DNA of 64,000 nt, from IMG/VR virus record IMGVR_UViG_3300032007_000002; one strand, given 5' to 3'. Source of the DNA: a virus (Duplodnaviria > Heunggongvirae > Uroviricota > Caudoviricetes). Every line of letters starts with the position of its first letter. Position 1 is the stretch's first letter. Position numbers and translations under genes: made by a program. The notes under the pieces are model-generated. The model worked only from the letters and a program-made list of their open reading frames with translations. It was not told the origin of the DNA and did not search any database. Shown piece after piece: positions 28,601 to 38,279 of the stretch.

Positions 28601-31600
28601 GCATCCAGCGCGGAACGAAGCACACGGTCAGGGGTCTGACTATTGCTTGCTTTAATCATGCCATCGCCCACAATCGTAATGAGCTTGTCAACCACATTGG
28701 AAAGACGAGTTCTGACAAGGGTTTCCGGTGTAACCGGGGCATTGGTATTGTCGGCAATGTCAGTCAACTTGGAAAGCTGTGCACGGGAACCATCATACAA
28801 TTCAAGTGCAAAGCGCATGCCATCGGCGAGCTTGTCTCCACGATCGGTAATCTGCTTAATCGCGCCGATACCATACGCATCGGCATCACTCGGGTTCGTC
28901 GAACCAATGATGTCGCTGTATTCGGCCTGCCCACGCGGCGGAGCAGCCGGTTCGGACGGCAGATCGTCATAAGAAGTCCCATCGGCGTATGAGCCCGGCG
29001 TCAATCCGGCGCCCGATGCGACTGCCTTTACGCCAACATCCTTGGAAACCGGTTCAGAACCAGTCGCCACGGCAGCAAGTTCAATGACCTTTTCAAACGC
29101 ATAGAAATCATTCAAGCGATCAATGGCGGTCAATGCACCTTTGGCGTCTCCCCCCGCGGAAAGCGATCCGCGAACTGCACCAACAACCTTCTTTACGGCA
29201 TCACGGCCTTCAATGCCATCATACTTACTGAACATTGCGTTGGCAACGTCATCATAGAAACTATTGACGGCTTCGATAACCTTGCGGTATGGCGTGTTGT
29301 CATTATTGAGGTTATCATACGAGAACCCGAGGCACCACTCGTCAAACTGAGTTCTGGCAGCAGAATACATGGTGTCGGTAAGTTTTTCGTCGAACCAACC
29401 AGTAGAGCCCTTGACCAACTTGGCACATGCCGGAAGATCTCCCTGTTCCACCTGTTCGAGCAAGTCAAGAATTTCATCCGGCGTATCTTCCACACCGATG
29501 ATGCTTGCTGCCTTGAGGTAGCGGCGAACCAAGCTCTTCAACTCGGTAGCATGGCCATTAAGACCAGCTCCGCTTTCAAACTGTTCAATCGCCGCGGCAG
29601 GGTCATTCCCGGCGGAACGCATGTAATTGACGAAAATGCCACGAGAAATGCCCAATGCGCCATTCTTGTCATACATCAACGCGGCCACAGCAGAGACCTT
29701 ATCGTCTTCGGCTTCATAACCCATGCGACGAACATCGTAATTAGCACCGCCAGCCCACTTGGAAATGAGCGCTGCCTTAACATCCTGCATGGTCTTTTCA
29801 CGGATAAGTCGCTCGTCATTGTCACCGCCACGCCCCATCAGCATGTCAATGATGATAGACTTGGACACCTTGTTGACCACATCGGTCATTTGGCCGGTGG
29901 TAATCATTTTTGTTCCGTTTCGTGAACCCGGGACAAACGCTTCGGCAACATCATGACGGAAACGACCGTATGAACCCTTGATTGTATTCAATACGCCAAG
30001 GGCAACCCCAGCATCCGCGGCCAGCTTCGGATCAGCCGTAGTCTGCTTACGAAGGGTGGAAACAACGGACCGCTTGGCCTCTTCGGACAAGTTGAACTCA
30101 TCGTCGACAGCGGAAATCTGGTCAGTAACCTTCCCAAACTGCTTGTTCCGAAGGTTCTCCGCCGATTGCTGCATGACATCGGAAACGGCTGCAGCATCTT
30201 CGGCCGGAGCATTAGGATCCATCAGCGCAGCATCCTGTTGCAATCCGCCATCGACCATGTATGAGAACGGCGCAAGACCCTTGCACACGACCCAGCCACG
30301 CTGGTTGTTGTGGAAAGGCACGTAAAGCACCATCGGAAGGACATAATTATCCAAATCCGTAGAATCTGCGATTGAGAGGGTGACTTCGTCGCCATACACA
30401 TTAAGGCTGACCGTAGCGCCTTTATCGGTCCGGGAAACTCCCTTATTGATAATTTTGGACGACGTGGCAATGCCCGTCGGACGCATATATCCATCCTGGT
30501 TCCCTCGGCGAAGCGAGCCTGCGCCAGTAGTTCCGCCTTCCATCTTAGCAGTTTCAATATTCAGGACACCCATATCCGTTTTGAGACGGACAGTAGTATT
30601 GCTACTGCTTTCGCGCCGGTTTACACCAACGAACTTGTCCAATATGACCGTTCTCGCGGCATCATTGTCAATGAGGCCGATGGCATCAATGAGCTCGGAC
30701 CTAGCCTCGATTGCGCGTGTCAAATCAGAACATACCTTACGAACAGCAGTATTGAAAACCCTTGCAAGCCGGGGCTTGTCAGCCGCCAACGACATTCCCT
30801 TGCAGTGACCAGTCGGCTGGCCGTCTTCATTGACTTCCTGCGTGAAGAAATCGGGTTCAATGGAGGTAATCGCATCATTGAAAATTGCAGAGTAGCCGGT
30901 TTCGCAGGCCAGCACAAGCTCCGGCAAATAGTTAGCCTTGTCGCCATACAGCGTTTCGGCATTACCGAACAGCTGATAAAAGTGGCGAAACCCGAACTTA
31001 GTGAGACCATTGATCTTGTCCGGTGTCACTTCTACCGTATTTTCCGCGGCCACATCGCCAGGCAAGTTAAAATCAATGCCAAGGGACTGTGCGATGGTCG
31101 CTGCACCACTAGCCATACCCGCCGACGCATTTGCATACGCCTTGGCGATAAGGTCTCTACCGACAACGGCCCAGACAATCGGCTGGTACAACTTTGCACC
31201 GACTGCCCGAGTTATGCGGGCATCACGCGCCAGCGTCTGCTCTGCTGCGGCTAGTTTATCACTGTATTTTGCGGAAAGCGTATCAAGAATTTTCTGAGCC
31301 GTTCCCGGAACCGCATAGGAGTGAGATTGGGCGCTCGCAATCAACGTCTGCAATACGCTCTGGCCAACCTGGGCAAGCAAAGCGATTTTTTGCGGGTTGT
31401 AGTCAGGATCGTCAGTGGCGTTCTGGTTCGGATTTGCCTTGGTCGGGCGAGTCTTGGAACGAAGCGCCAGCATAGCTGCCTCGACGCACTCAATAAACTT
31501 GTTTCTGCCAGCCTCGGTGTCCTTAATAACTTCGTCGGGATCTTTCAGACCGCACGCCTCACCAAACTGCCTATACAATTCAGCAGTCTTCTTGAACAGT

Positions 31601-31647
31601 TCGTTCGCGCTAATCGGTGCCTTACCGGCAGTCGCGTTCGGGTTCAT
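25660..31647 (-). CDS. Giant hypothetical late protein, 1995 aa; probable virion/internal protein
   Basis: Uninterrupted ORF, GAGG RBS, TATAAACT at 31680-31687; no catalytic motif recognised. Confidence 0.85.
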   Translation of the reverse strand: MNPNATAGKAPISANELFKKTAELYRQFGEACGLKDPDEVIKDTEAGRNKFIECVEAAMLALRSKTRPTKANPNQNATDDPDYNPQKIALLAQVGQSVLQTLIASAQSHSYAVPGTAQKILDTLSAKYSDKLAAAEQTLARDARITRAVGAKLYQPIVWAVVGRDLIAKAYANASAGMASGAATIAQSLGIDFNLPGDVAAENTVEVTPDKINGLTKFGFRHFYQLFGNAETLYGDKANYLPELVLACETGYSAIFNDAITSIEPDFFTQEVNEDGQPTGHCKGMSLAADKPRLARVFNTAVRKVCSDLTRAIEARSELIDAIGLIDNDAARTVILDKFVGVNRRESSSNTTVRLKTDMGVLNIETAKMEGGTTGAGSLRRGNQDGYMRPTGIATSSKIINKGVSRTDKGATVSLNVYGDEVTLSIADSTDLDNYVLPMVLYVPFHNNQRGWVVCKGLAPFSYMVDGGLQQDAALMDPNAPAEDAAAVSDVMQQSAENLRNKQFGKVTDQISAVDDEFNLSEEAKRSVVSTLRKQTTADPKLAADAGVALGVLNTIKGSYGRFRHDVAEAFVPGSRNGTKMITTGQMTDVVNKVSKSIIIDMLMGRGGDNDERLIREKTMQDVKAALISKWAGGANYDVRRMGYEAEDDKVSAVAALMYDKNGALGISRGIFVNYMRSAGNDPAAAIEQFESGAGLNGHATELKSLVRRYLKAASIIGVEDTPDEILDLLEQVEQGDLPACAKLVKGSTGWFDEKLTDTMYSAARTQFDEWCLGFSYDNLNNDNTPYRKVIEAVNSFYDDVANAMFSKYDGIEGRDAVKKVVGAVRGSLSAGGDAKGALTAIDRLNDFYAFEKVIELAAVATGSEPVSKDVGVKAVASGAGLTPGSYADGTSYDDLPSEPAAPPRGQAEYSDIIGSTNPSDADAYGIGAIKQITDRGDKLADGMRFALELYDGSRAQLSKLTDIADNTNAPVTPETLVRTRLSNVVDKLITIVGDGMIKASNSQTPDRVLRSALDAASAEIDDISRSLKFGAAAKLNEVLLEGDALLTKVIKERGSVQKEDVLVVASKVIAGLDAMYKKVAAPDEGLLQEKATGFDGRKYKHMVAAPDGFKPSEIVAAEPMGDTDDIVDSFARLVVSPKENNPYKRVDDSSRKAYPTSAGTHDSMRLYNVAMMRRINSDTKMRKLAAHLAQILGYVNGDENAAEDDAVNMKNTIGKMLRPALNQNPVKAFTGLAGNGIMNLIVNDIFDDERKNDKQYHSTKADIAALMKGVPVGVYSKNLSVSSPDPDSDFRTRGDYNTKTRKVQVHYGPDGKATDVPGGMTFDDIAKACGIEGDFSSVTSPSDAELNKFIEDVRVSIAQKLIKLSVDTGYTPDAKNKFDTTVRARRTKSDDDIKNELSSELLPKIADGSMPLADFVFALNGDVERYALSYEMATSPSRMYANSKIKSDGKYRNENDPNNLFTASRAQKIFEVLSKLPPELGEDEVRHLAHRYFTEVGERDEISHTRKDIADVFKELESFDLIDRNDAASDIDKILEQFYAARGRAEENKLAEKVHRAEGTDGTIGKLLKELPGTVTGDDFREVFDEYFYSDKSRHQMKSQFPAVSMVIQRMISSNAIPDFLRMKDSADAADVERQKDQVADECVKLIDRPGKEFDITDVDKAIDLLCKLPPKGMSQDDLAEFRKKQIAEAVKLFPPIMEVRSKALSLGKPKTRQEFIERLRNLCSEYAGVKPSDIKPDLSDKDTSGGFTPNTNVRDFLSMNEVREDEATQEVIAYLFKQGVDIKNDTSDKRGDGYVVTVDGFKTSIGSTVFDKAMRKTAQAVEAGKDAKTATVSALTSCGAKWTPAAEEPAPAKPKAPGKPVSPVTQAKNRYENMVYQRLLANAEKADPSKFKDHRPIDPALDEQLMAEAERQAEAQSKADVSKAKTAASGQADFNKKVAAKHRELMDKQAAKYKELLAANDPNAEAENPERKSTQLYNEARKFVQTQGGKEAK

Positions 31648-31679
31648 TCACGCCTCGCTTAGATATTCTTTGCGACCAT

Positions 31680-31747
31680 AGTTTATAGATGGGACACCGG
31701 TTTCGGCAGGCATCCACATGGACAGGAACGGGGTCAAAATATAAACT
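31680..31747. promoter_or_regulatory. Divergent TATAAACTATGG promoter pair
   Basis: CCATAGTTTATA (31677-31687 region) and TATAAACTATGG (from 31740). Confidence 0.8.
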
Positions 31748-31772
31748 ATGGGCACATGCGGCCAGGTATATT

Positions 31773-33809
31773 ATGACACCAGAACAGATAGCCCAAAAGT
31801 TTACACTCTCCAATGCGGATGTTCAGAAAGCAGTCGCCGATGCGCAGGCTGCCGCAGGGGGACCCCTTTCGCTTGAAGACGAAAAGCGTGCAATAGCCGA
31901 TGCCGCCCGGAATAAAGACCTAATGACCCCGGACGAGTGCGCCGAGTTCAAAACGGTAGAGGACTCCGACCTCAAGCCAATTCTCGATACAATAAAAAAC
32001 GCGGGCACCCTTAAAACGCCCAAAGACGCCATCCTGGATGCTGTCGTTACCGAATATATCCAGTTGGCGGTCGAGGACAGTGCCGGAAACCCGGAAGCAA
32101 GCCCATATCAGCTATTCCAAGATTATTTGAGGGACCTCGGAACCCTCGGCGAACGCAGAAAGTTAAAAGTAAAAATTTTAAAACTCGACCAAGAGATTTC
32201 GCCAAACAAGGATGACACGCCGGAGGAGCCATTAGTAAAAAATGACCCACCCCCACCCAACGAACAGGCGAACCAGCAGGAAACCGCACCCGTTGAACCC
32301 AAACCAGACGTGCAAGAACTCCCGGCTGAACCCGCTGACGGGGGAAAGGCCAAGAAACCCCGCAAATCCGCCCCAAAGAAGGCTGACCTAAAAGCAGCCC
32401 TTGACGAGCAGGCGACAAAAATGCAAGCCGCATTCCAGCAAGAACGGGCCAAAATGCAAGCCGACTTCAACCAGCAGCTGGAAGCCGCAAAAACGGGTTT
32501 TGAAGCTAAGCAAAAGGCCCTTATTGACGATTTTGATGCACAAAAGGAAAAAATCGTCGCGGACTGCGAAAACGAAATTGCAAAAATCAAGGCAGCAACC
32601 AGCAGTGCAAACCAGGCCGATGCCGATGCGGCTACCCAACAGGCTCTCGAAAACGCAAAACAAGAGATAGCCGAGCTCAAAACGTCCTATGGCCAGCAGA
32701 TCCGGGAATTGCAATCCACCCAGGAAGCCCAAAAGAAGGAATTGACGGAAGCCAACGAGGCAAAAATCCAGGAACTGCAGGCATCATTTGCTACGCAACT
32801 CCAAGAGCTGCAAGCCCAACTCGGGACAGCTGCGTCAGAAAAGCAAACACTGGAAGAACAGCTCCGTGCTGCCCAGTCGGAAAACGAGGCGCTCAAAAAC
32901 CAGGAGCACCACGAAGAAAGCGCACCAAATGGCGACGACGAGGGCGACGATGATGATATTCTGCGCCGTACAGGACATATTATCGAACCGGCCGATCCGA
33001 ACGACACGCCCCGTGAGGAAAGGGCCATTCATGAAGATGGGCCGCACGACACAGGCGATGGCGGTCCTGCACATGCAGAATACACCAAGCCGGAGCGCAT
33101 GGGCGCAGACACGACGGCAATGGACGAATGGAACCAGGCGGTAGTTACCCGTTTCGGCTTCCCGTTTATCAACTTCGCCTGCCGGGACATCACCAACCTG
33201 CTCAACGGGGACGATGTCACCAGGAAACGTGCCTACGCAAACATCAAGGACCAGCTCCGCCAGCTTGCCCACCTGCAGACCAGGGGCATCCTCGGCGGGA
33301 TGTGGGATTCCATGATGGAAAGCCCCATCATGCTGTTGAAGACGCTGAAATCCAGCTCATACAGCAAGTGCTACCTGAATACGCTCATCGCCAACGGTCG
33401 CGAAGTCCGCGATACGCCGGATGGCGCCAACCTTACCGTCAGGCCGACCATCTACGGCGACGTGAAGTTCCGTGTCCGCAAGCCGGAGGAAATCCCGATC
33501 AACTTCGTCAACAAGTTCTTTGTCGAGGTTGACCCGTATAGGCAGCTTGGCGTATATCGCAAGTGGACAGGGAACCCCAACGGGACAACGCCGGAGGCAT
33601 ACCTCGACGACAATGCAATCCCGTACACGTCAGTTCTCGCCCCGACGGCAAAGACCAGTTTCAGCCGCAGCGACCTCAGCACCGGTTCGTTCCTGTCCAG
33701 GGTGACCGGGTTCAGGAAGGCTAACTCGATGGTGACCTGTTCAATCGACGGCCACCGCGGCGGTTTCATCATCCCGGCACATATCGCGGACGTCCTGTTC
33801 GCATACTAG
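31773..33809 (+). CDS. Coiled-coil late protein
   Basis: Long central heptad region rich in Q/E/A/K with a globular C-terminus; start MTPEQ placed after the promoter. Confidence 0.8.
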   Translation: MTPEQIAQKFTLSNADVQKAVADAQAAAGGPLSLEDEKRAIADAARNKDLMTPDECAEFKTVEDSDLKPILDTIKNAGTLKTPKDAILDAVVTEYIQLAVEDSAGNPEASPYQLFQDYLRDLGTLGERRKLKVKILKLDQEISPNKDDTPEEPLVKNDPPPPNEQANQQETAPVEPKPDVQELPAEPADGGKAKKPRKSAPKKADLKAALDEQATKMQAAFQQERAKMQADFNQQLEAAKTGFEAKQKALIDDFDAQKEKIVADCENEIAKIKAATSSANQADADAATQQALENAKQEIAELKTSYGQQIRELQSTQEAQKKELTEANEAKIQELQASFATQLQELQAQLGTAASEKQTLEEQLRAAQSENEALKNQEHHEESAPNGDDEGDDDDILRRTGHIIEPADPNDTPREERAIHEDGPHDTGDGGPAHAEYTKPERMGADTTAMDEWNQAVVTRFGFPFINFACRDITNLLNGDDVTRKRAYANIKDQLRQLAHLQTRGILGGMWDSMMESPIMLLKTLKSSSYSKCYLNTLIANGREVRDTPDGANLTVRPTIYGDVKFRVRKPEEIPINFVNKFFVEVDPYRQLGVYRKWTGNPNGTTPEAYLDDNAIPYTSVLAPTAKTSFSRSDLSTGSFLSRVTGFRKANSMVTCSIDGHRGGFIIPAHIADVLFAY

Positions 33810-33818
33810 GAGACTGCA

Positions 33819-34835
33819 ATGCTAACTAATGTCCTCAAAACCAACCTGATAGCATTTCTCGAAGCGAACATGGCCGACATTTCCAAGGGCACCGACGCAG
33901 GACGCGCCCAGCGTTCCAAGTCGCTGCTCCACTACTACCGCGGTCTAGGAAAGGACCGCGAGGGTAATGCCGTAATCCGGTGGAAAATCCCGTCCCAGAC
34001 CAAGGAAAACGTCATGTACGACTGCTACATCGCCGTGATACCGGCGGGCAAGCAGTCCCTGTTCGCGCTCGCGAAGTCCAGGAGGGACATCCGTTCCCGC
34101 ATGGAGGCGATCAAGAACGCCGATGTCAAGTGCTTCTGCACCTGTCCCGACTTCAACTGGTCGGGCGCCAGATACAACATGAAGCACAAGATGGGCAGCC
34201 TCGAAGAAGGCTTCGAGTCCGTTCCTGGGGTGCCGGACGGCTCCGACATCAAGCCGGTCGTCAGAGATCCGCAGGGAAAGATACTCGTCTGCAAGCACCT
34301 GCTCGCCGCCTTCAAGGGCATGAAAACCAACGCAACCAGCATCATGAAGGATGCCGCAAACTCGCGCTTCACACCAAACGACGGACAGGAAAAACGGGCC
34401 GAGTCCGCCACCGGGGAATTTTTCAAGACCGAAAAGACTGTCCGCAACAAGCCCGAGAAGGAACCGGTCGAGGTGGACAAGGAACTGCTCGAAGAGGCAC
34501 CGGCAAAGGTCGATGCCGCCGAAGAAGCGCTCAACAGCCTTGCCTTCGCGACCGAAAAACTGGACGAAACTACCCCGAAGGCCCCGGAAGAAAACGTCAA
34601 GGCGGCAGTCGAGGAAGTCGAACAGCCGACGGCCGAACCTACGGAAGAAAACACGAAGGAAAGCCTTAGCGAAGTCGGCCTGGGTGAAACCGAAACACAA
34701 CAGGCCCCAGAGCCGGAACCTGCACAGGAACAGAAACCGAAACCGCCCGCTGAAACGCCAGAAGAATACGCACGGCGAAATACCGGGGATCTTAGCGATG
34801 ACGATGCCGAATACCTAATGTCGTTATTCAGCTAA
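33819..34835 (+). CDS. SWIM zinc-finger protein with an acidic tail
   Basis: CFCTCPDF...VCKHLLAA (CxC-xn-CxH); AGGAG RBS. Confidence 0.8.
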   Translation: MLTNVLKTNLIAFLEANMADISKGTDAGRAQRSKSLLHYYRGLGKDREGNAVIRWKIPSQTKENVMYDCYIAVIPAGKQSLFALAKSRRDIRSRMEAIKNADVKCFCTCPDFNWSGARYNMKHKMGSLEEGFESVPGVPDGSDIKPVVRDPQGKILVCKHLLAAFKGMKTNATSIMKDAANSRFTPNDGQEKRAESATGEFFKTEKTVRNKPEKEPVEVDKELLEEAPAKVDAAEEALNSLAFATEKLDETTPKAPEENVKAAVEEVEQPTAEPTEENTKESLSEVGLGETETQQAPEPEPAQEQKPKPPAETPEEYARRNTGDLSDDDAEYLMSLFS

Positions 34836-34891
34836 CCCAGTTTCCCGGAAAAATACCGTAACCTTTCTAAACTAACCTCAGAATAACTCCA

Positions 34892-35320
34892 ATGGAGAAA
34901 ACCATGGCTTCTAACCAGAAACTCTACGACCGCGTGTGCAAGGCAGCTGACACGTACACAACCCCCTCCAATGCTCCCCTTATGGAAGCCGTGAAGGAAA
35001 TGGGCAAGGTGTACTTCATGGAAGCTATCCTTGACAGCAAGAAGGTATGCCCCTACTGCGACAAGGATGGCCAATCCAACTACACCTGGGACAAGAACGG
35101 CAAGTTGACCCTCCGCCTCCCGTTCAAGATGCAGTGTCTTAACTGCCAGGGAAGACACTATCTCACCGACGACAACGCGAAGGAAGACTTCCTCAACCAG
35201 GATCACGAAAACCCGGAAGATCTGGACATCTTCGACCAGATGAACGCTGCCGAGTTCGGTGGTTCTGACGAGCGCGGCTGGGCAACCACGACCGACGACC
35301 TCGACCCGGACAACCGCTAG
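34892..35320 (+). CDS. Zinc-ribbon hypothetical protein
   Basis: CPYC...CLNC; TCTAAACT at 34866-34873; true start may be the second Met (34904) after GGAG. Confidence 0.75.
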   Translation: MEKTMASNQKLYDRVCKAADTYTTPSNAPLMEAVKEMGKVYFMEAILDSKKVCPYCDKDGQSNYTWDKNGKLTLRLPFKMQCLNCQGRHYLTDDNAKEDFLNQDHENPEDLDIFDQMNAAEFGGSDERGWATTTDDLDPDNR

Positions 35321-35349
35321 TCGGGTTCATTACACATCAATGCTTAAAT

Positions 35350-35390
35350 AAAAAGAGAACCCCGCGCCGGCGCGGGGTTTTCTGGTTTCT
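35350..35390. terminator. Bidirectional terminator
   Basis: Perfect palindrome AACCCCGCGCCGGCGCGGGGTT flanked by A and T tracts between convergent genes. Confidence 0.85.
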
Positions 35391-35964
35391 ACGGCCAGGT
35401 TTTCCGCCCGGCGAAGCACCACTCGTGGGCCTCCTTCGGAGTATAGCCCCACTTGACCATCTCGTCTTCCAGTTCCTTCCGGTAGAAGTCCCTGCGGGTA
35501 AGTCGGTATTCGGACGGGATCATCGGGACGGAGACCTTCCGGCCCATTTCCAGCTTGCGCTTTGCGAGCACCGGAACAGGGTCGTCCCCGTCCTTAGTCA
35601 GGTAGTCAAAGGCGTTCCCGACCAGTTCGACGATCTGTTCGACCGTCTTCGGGAGCTTCTTGCGGACCATCTTCCGGTAGGCACGGTTCACATCGCACAG
35701 GACCTTGGACAGGATGTCGAAGTCCTCCCAGTCCACATGGGACATCGGGCCGAACTGGAACGTAGCTCCGTCGCGCCCCGCGCCGAAGCTGCCGACAAAC
35801 GGGTAATACGGGACAAGGTCCTTGTCGCTTTCGTTGCGGACCATGTCCTTCCCGACGAATATCCGTATGTTCCTGCGGTATTCCTCCGATGAAGTCCTGC
35901 CTTCCGCGTCGGCGTGCATGTAGAGAAAATCGTATAAGTCGCTCTTTCCAGAAAACCTTGACAT
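35389..35964 (-). CDS. Hypothetical phage protein (MSRFSGKSDLYD...)
   Basis: GGGAG RBS; operonic position. Confidence 0.75.
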   Translation of the reverse strand: MSRFSGKSDLYDFLYMHADAEGRTSSEEYRRNIRIFVGKDMVRNESDKDLVPYYPFVGSFGAGRDGATFQFGPMSHVDWEDFDILSKVLCDVNRAYRKMVRKKLPKTVEQIVELVGNAFDYLTKDGDDPVPVLAKRKLEMGRKVSVPMIPSEYRLTRRDFYRKELEDEMVKWGYTPKEAHEWCFAGRKTWP

Positions 35965-35965
35965 G

Positions 35966-36433
35966 TCAAATCTCCCTTGCGTTGTCAACGCCGTGTTTCA
36001 TGATGCACTTCCGGCAGAACGGAAGGATGTAGCCCTGCGTAACATACTTGGCCGGGCGGCCGCACTCGCAGCAGGTATGCCCGGTATCGCTTTCCATGTC
36101 CCATATCAGGTCGTCCAGCTGTCTCACGCACTCATCGGACAACACGCCGGACCAGTATAGCCTGGCCTCCCCGTATTTTTCCTTCGCGTCGATGATGTGG
36201 AAACTGCAGAGCTCCCCGTAACGTTTCAGCAAGGACTTGATGCGGCGGAGATGACGAACAATGACGCGGCGCCACCCGTCAGGATAGCTGTCGAGCAGGG
36301 TATACGAGAAGTCGTAGTCCTCGATGCGACCACCGTCCACCGCCCTCGGTTCGAGGAACGGGAACCGCCAGACGAGCCAGCGGTTACGGAGACTGGTGAG
36401 CGCAGTCAGAAAATGTCGTTTTGGTTTGGGCAT
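35966..36433 (-). CDS. Phage hypothetical protein with KEKYG.R.Y motif and zinc ribbon
   Basis: AKEKYGEARLY, TCCECGRP, PFCRKC. Confidence 0.8.
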   Translation of the reverse strand: MPKPKRHFLTALTSLRNRWLVWRFPFLEPRAVDGGRIEDYDFSYTLLDSYPDGWRRVIVRHLRRIKSLLKRYGELCSFHIIDAKEKYGEARLYWSGVLSDECVRQLDDLIWDMESDTGHTCCECGRPAKYVTQGYILPFCRKCIMKHGVDNAREI

Positions 36434-38106
36434 CAGGAAACCTTAGCCAAGCACGGCTGCATTACCGACTGAAAACTATGTTCTCGCGGGTCTGCGGTTT
36501 CCACGGTTCCATGCCCACGCATGGCAAGCGCGTGATAATGACGCTCGATTGCGGAGCGGATCTTCTCCGCGTCACGCTGCGCCGTAGTGGACGGGCGGAG
36601 GATTTCCATTTCCGCCACAGTCATTGTCGGGATGCCTGTCCTGATGAGCTCGGCGTCCATGATTTCCTTCACCGCGTTGACATACTCTGCCGGGACAATG
36701 AGGGAGTCATGGACGGTGCACACGGGGCACCCGATGAACAGGCGCACCAGCGGGATGACGCCCTTGAACACGAAGTCACTTTCGGTGGACTGCATCTCGT
36801 GGGAGAGCGCGGCATAGTTGTCACGCTTCATCGAGTCGATGCAGCGGAGAAGCGTCGGGAAGTCGCGCTTCCAGACCTGGCGCAGCTTCGACCTGACATA
36901 GTGCTTCGCGCGGTCGAAGATAATCGGCGCATACAGGAAAGCGAGCCATTCCTTCTTCACCGTCTTTCTGTCGTTCATGCCGATTTGCTCGGCAAAATAC
37001 TCGTAAATACGGCCTTCGCGGAGCAGTGAACTGAACCGGTCGAGCTCGTCGGAAATCAGCTTCCCGGTAGCCGCGGATTCTTCCGGTCGCCAGAACGGTG
37101 TCAGCTTTACGAACCTCGGTTCCGGGACCATCAGCGGATCGGTGGCAAGGCGCTTCCACATGCCGAACACGCTGCAGAGGAAGGCCGCCTGGGAACTCCT
37201 GATGTCAACGCTGCCGACCGGCGCACCGTCGCAGGACATGCACTGCTCGCGGATTTCCTTCTTCAAGGAGGTAACGTTCGTGTGGACACGGCCATAACGG
37301 TCCTTGACGACATAGGCCGCAATAGGGTCCTCGCCCATGCGGCCAAAGCGCTCGACCTTGTCCATTTCGCCATCCACGCGTTCCTGCGGCACGGTTCCGC
37401 TGTCGGCAAGCCCCTGCATGGTGGCCCTTGCCTTTTCCGCGTCAATCTTGAAGTGAGCCAGGTCGTCATACATGTTGGCGACGTCGTCCTGCTCAAGAAG
37501 GTATTCCTTCCTGCGGACCGCGTCGAGATACAGGCGGCGCTTGGTGAAGATGCTCTCGAACTTGTAGGATCGGAGGGAACCGACCGGGTGGTGCTCGCCG
37601 TTGCCGCACTTGGACTTCCAGCGCGTCCAGAGGTAGCGGAGGTAGTAGGTGGCATAGGCCTCGCCGAGCCAGTAGGCCTTCGAGACGCCCTTGCACTTGG
37701 TAGTGGACTTGCGGTAAGAAGCCGTGTGGCAGATGAACCCGTGGTCGGTCAGCCACTTTACGCAGGCCGGATAGCCGGTCCCTGCGCGATAGCGGAACAG
37801 CGTGCTGTAAAGGTTGCAGTACCAGGAGCTCTCGTGGGTGCGGACGCCGGCGATGTTGTCGTCCTTGAACTTCTCGGACAGGCCCTTGCAGACGTCAAAA
37901 AGGATGACGAGCATGGACTCGTAGAGGCAAAGACGCTGTCTCTTGCCTAAAGCCGAGAAGGAAAGGTCTGCATTGAAGGCAATCTCGAAGGAACGGAAGA
38001 GGAGGGAAGGAAGAAGACAGGTTGGAGAGAAGTCGGACCACGACCGATGGTCGTAGTTGATGTAGGTGTAGTCCAGGGACCCCCGCTTCATGCCACATGT
38101 GTCCAA
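36433..38106 (-). CDS. Small PolA/T7-RNAP-superfamily polymerase-like protein (TV-Pol-like), candidate primase/initiator
   Basis: DRYGRVHTN, motif A VDIRSSQ, motif B-like RKTVKKEWLAFLY, MQSTES, motif C TVHDS; GGAGG RBS with TTG start. Confidence 0.7.
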   Translation of the reverse strand: MDTCGMKRGSLDYTYINYDHRSWSDFSPTCLLPSLLFRSFEIAFNADLSFSALGKRQRLCLYESMLVILFDVCKGLSEKFKDDNIAGVRTHESSWYCNLYSTLFRYRAGTGYPACVKWLTDHGFICHTASYRKSTTKCKGVSKAYWLGEAYATYYLRYLWTRWKSKCGNGEHHPVGSLRSYKFESIFTKRRLYLDAVRRKEYLLEQDDVANMYDDLAHFKIDAEKARATMQGLADSGTVPQERVDGEMDKVERFGRMGEDPIAAYVVKDRYGRVHTNVTSLKKEIREQCMSCDGAPVGSVDIRSSQAAFLCSVFGMWKRLATDPLMVPEPRFVKLTPFWRPEESAATGKLISDELDRFSSLLREGRIYEYFAEQIGMNDRKTVKKEWLAFLYAPIIFDRAKHYVRSKLRQVWKRDFPTLLRCIDSMKRDNYAALSHEMQSTESDFVFKGVIPLVRLFIGCPVCTVHDSLIVPAEYVNAVKEIMDAELIRTGIPTMTVAEMEILRPSTTAQRDAEKIRSAIERHYHALAMRGHGTVETADPREHSFQSVMQPCLAKVS

Positions 38107-38279
38107 AGTTACCCTCCGGTATGCGCCCCATTGGTCTATTCGGGAACGACGGTTAAGAATCTATAAAAAACTTTCCGTCTTCGGAAGAGGTTTATATCAA
38201 AAAACTCCAGAATTCTGCCCCCTGCGGGCTTGAAAATATAAACTAGGGGCGTATTTAACATATATATGGAAGGTGGACC
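38107..38279. other. AT-rich divergence point, candidate replication origin
   Basis: Global gene-orientation switch; A-tracts; TTCCG-TCTT-CGGAA hairpin; divergent promoter motifs at 38188-38204 and 38237-38244. Confidence 0.45.

Noticed and set aside
25660-31647. Giant ORF as a virion RNA polymerase
   Set aside because: No DxDGD or single-subunit RNAP catalytic motifs were recognised.
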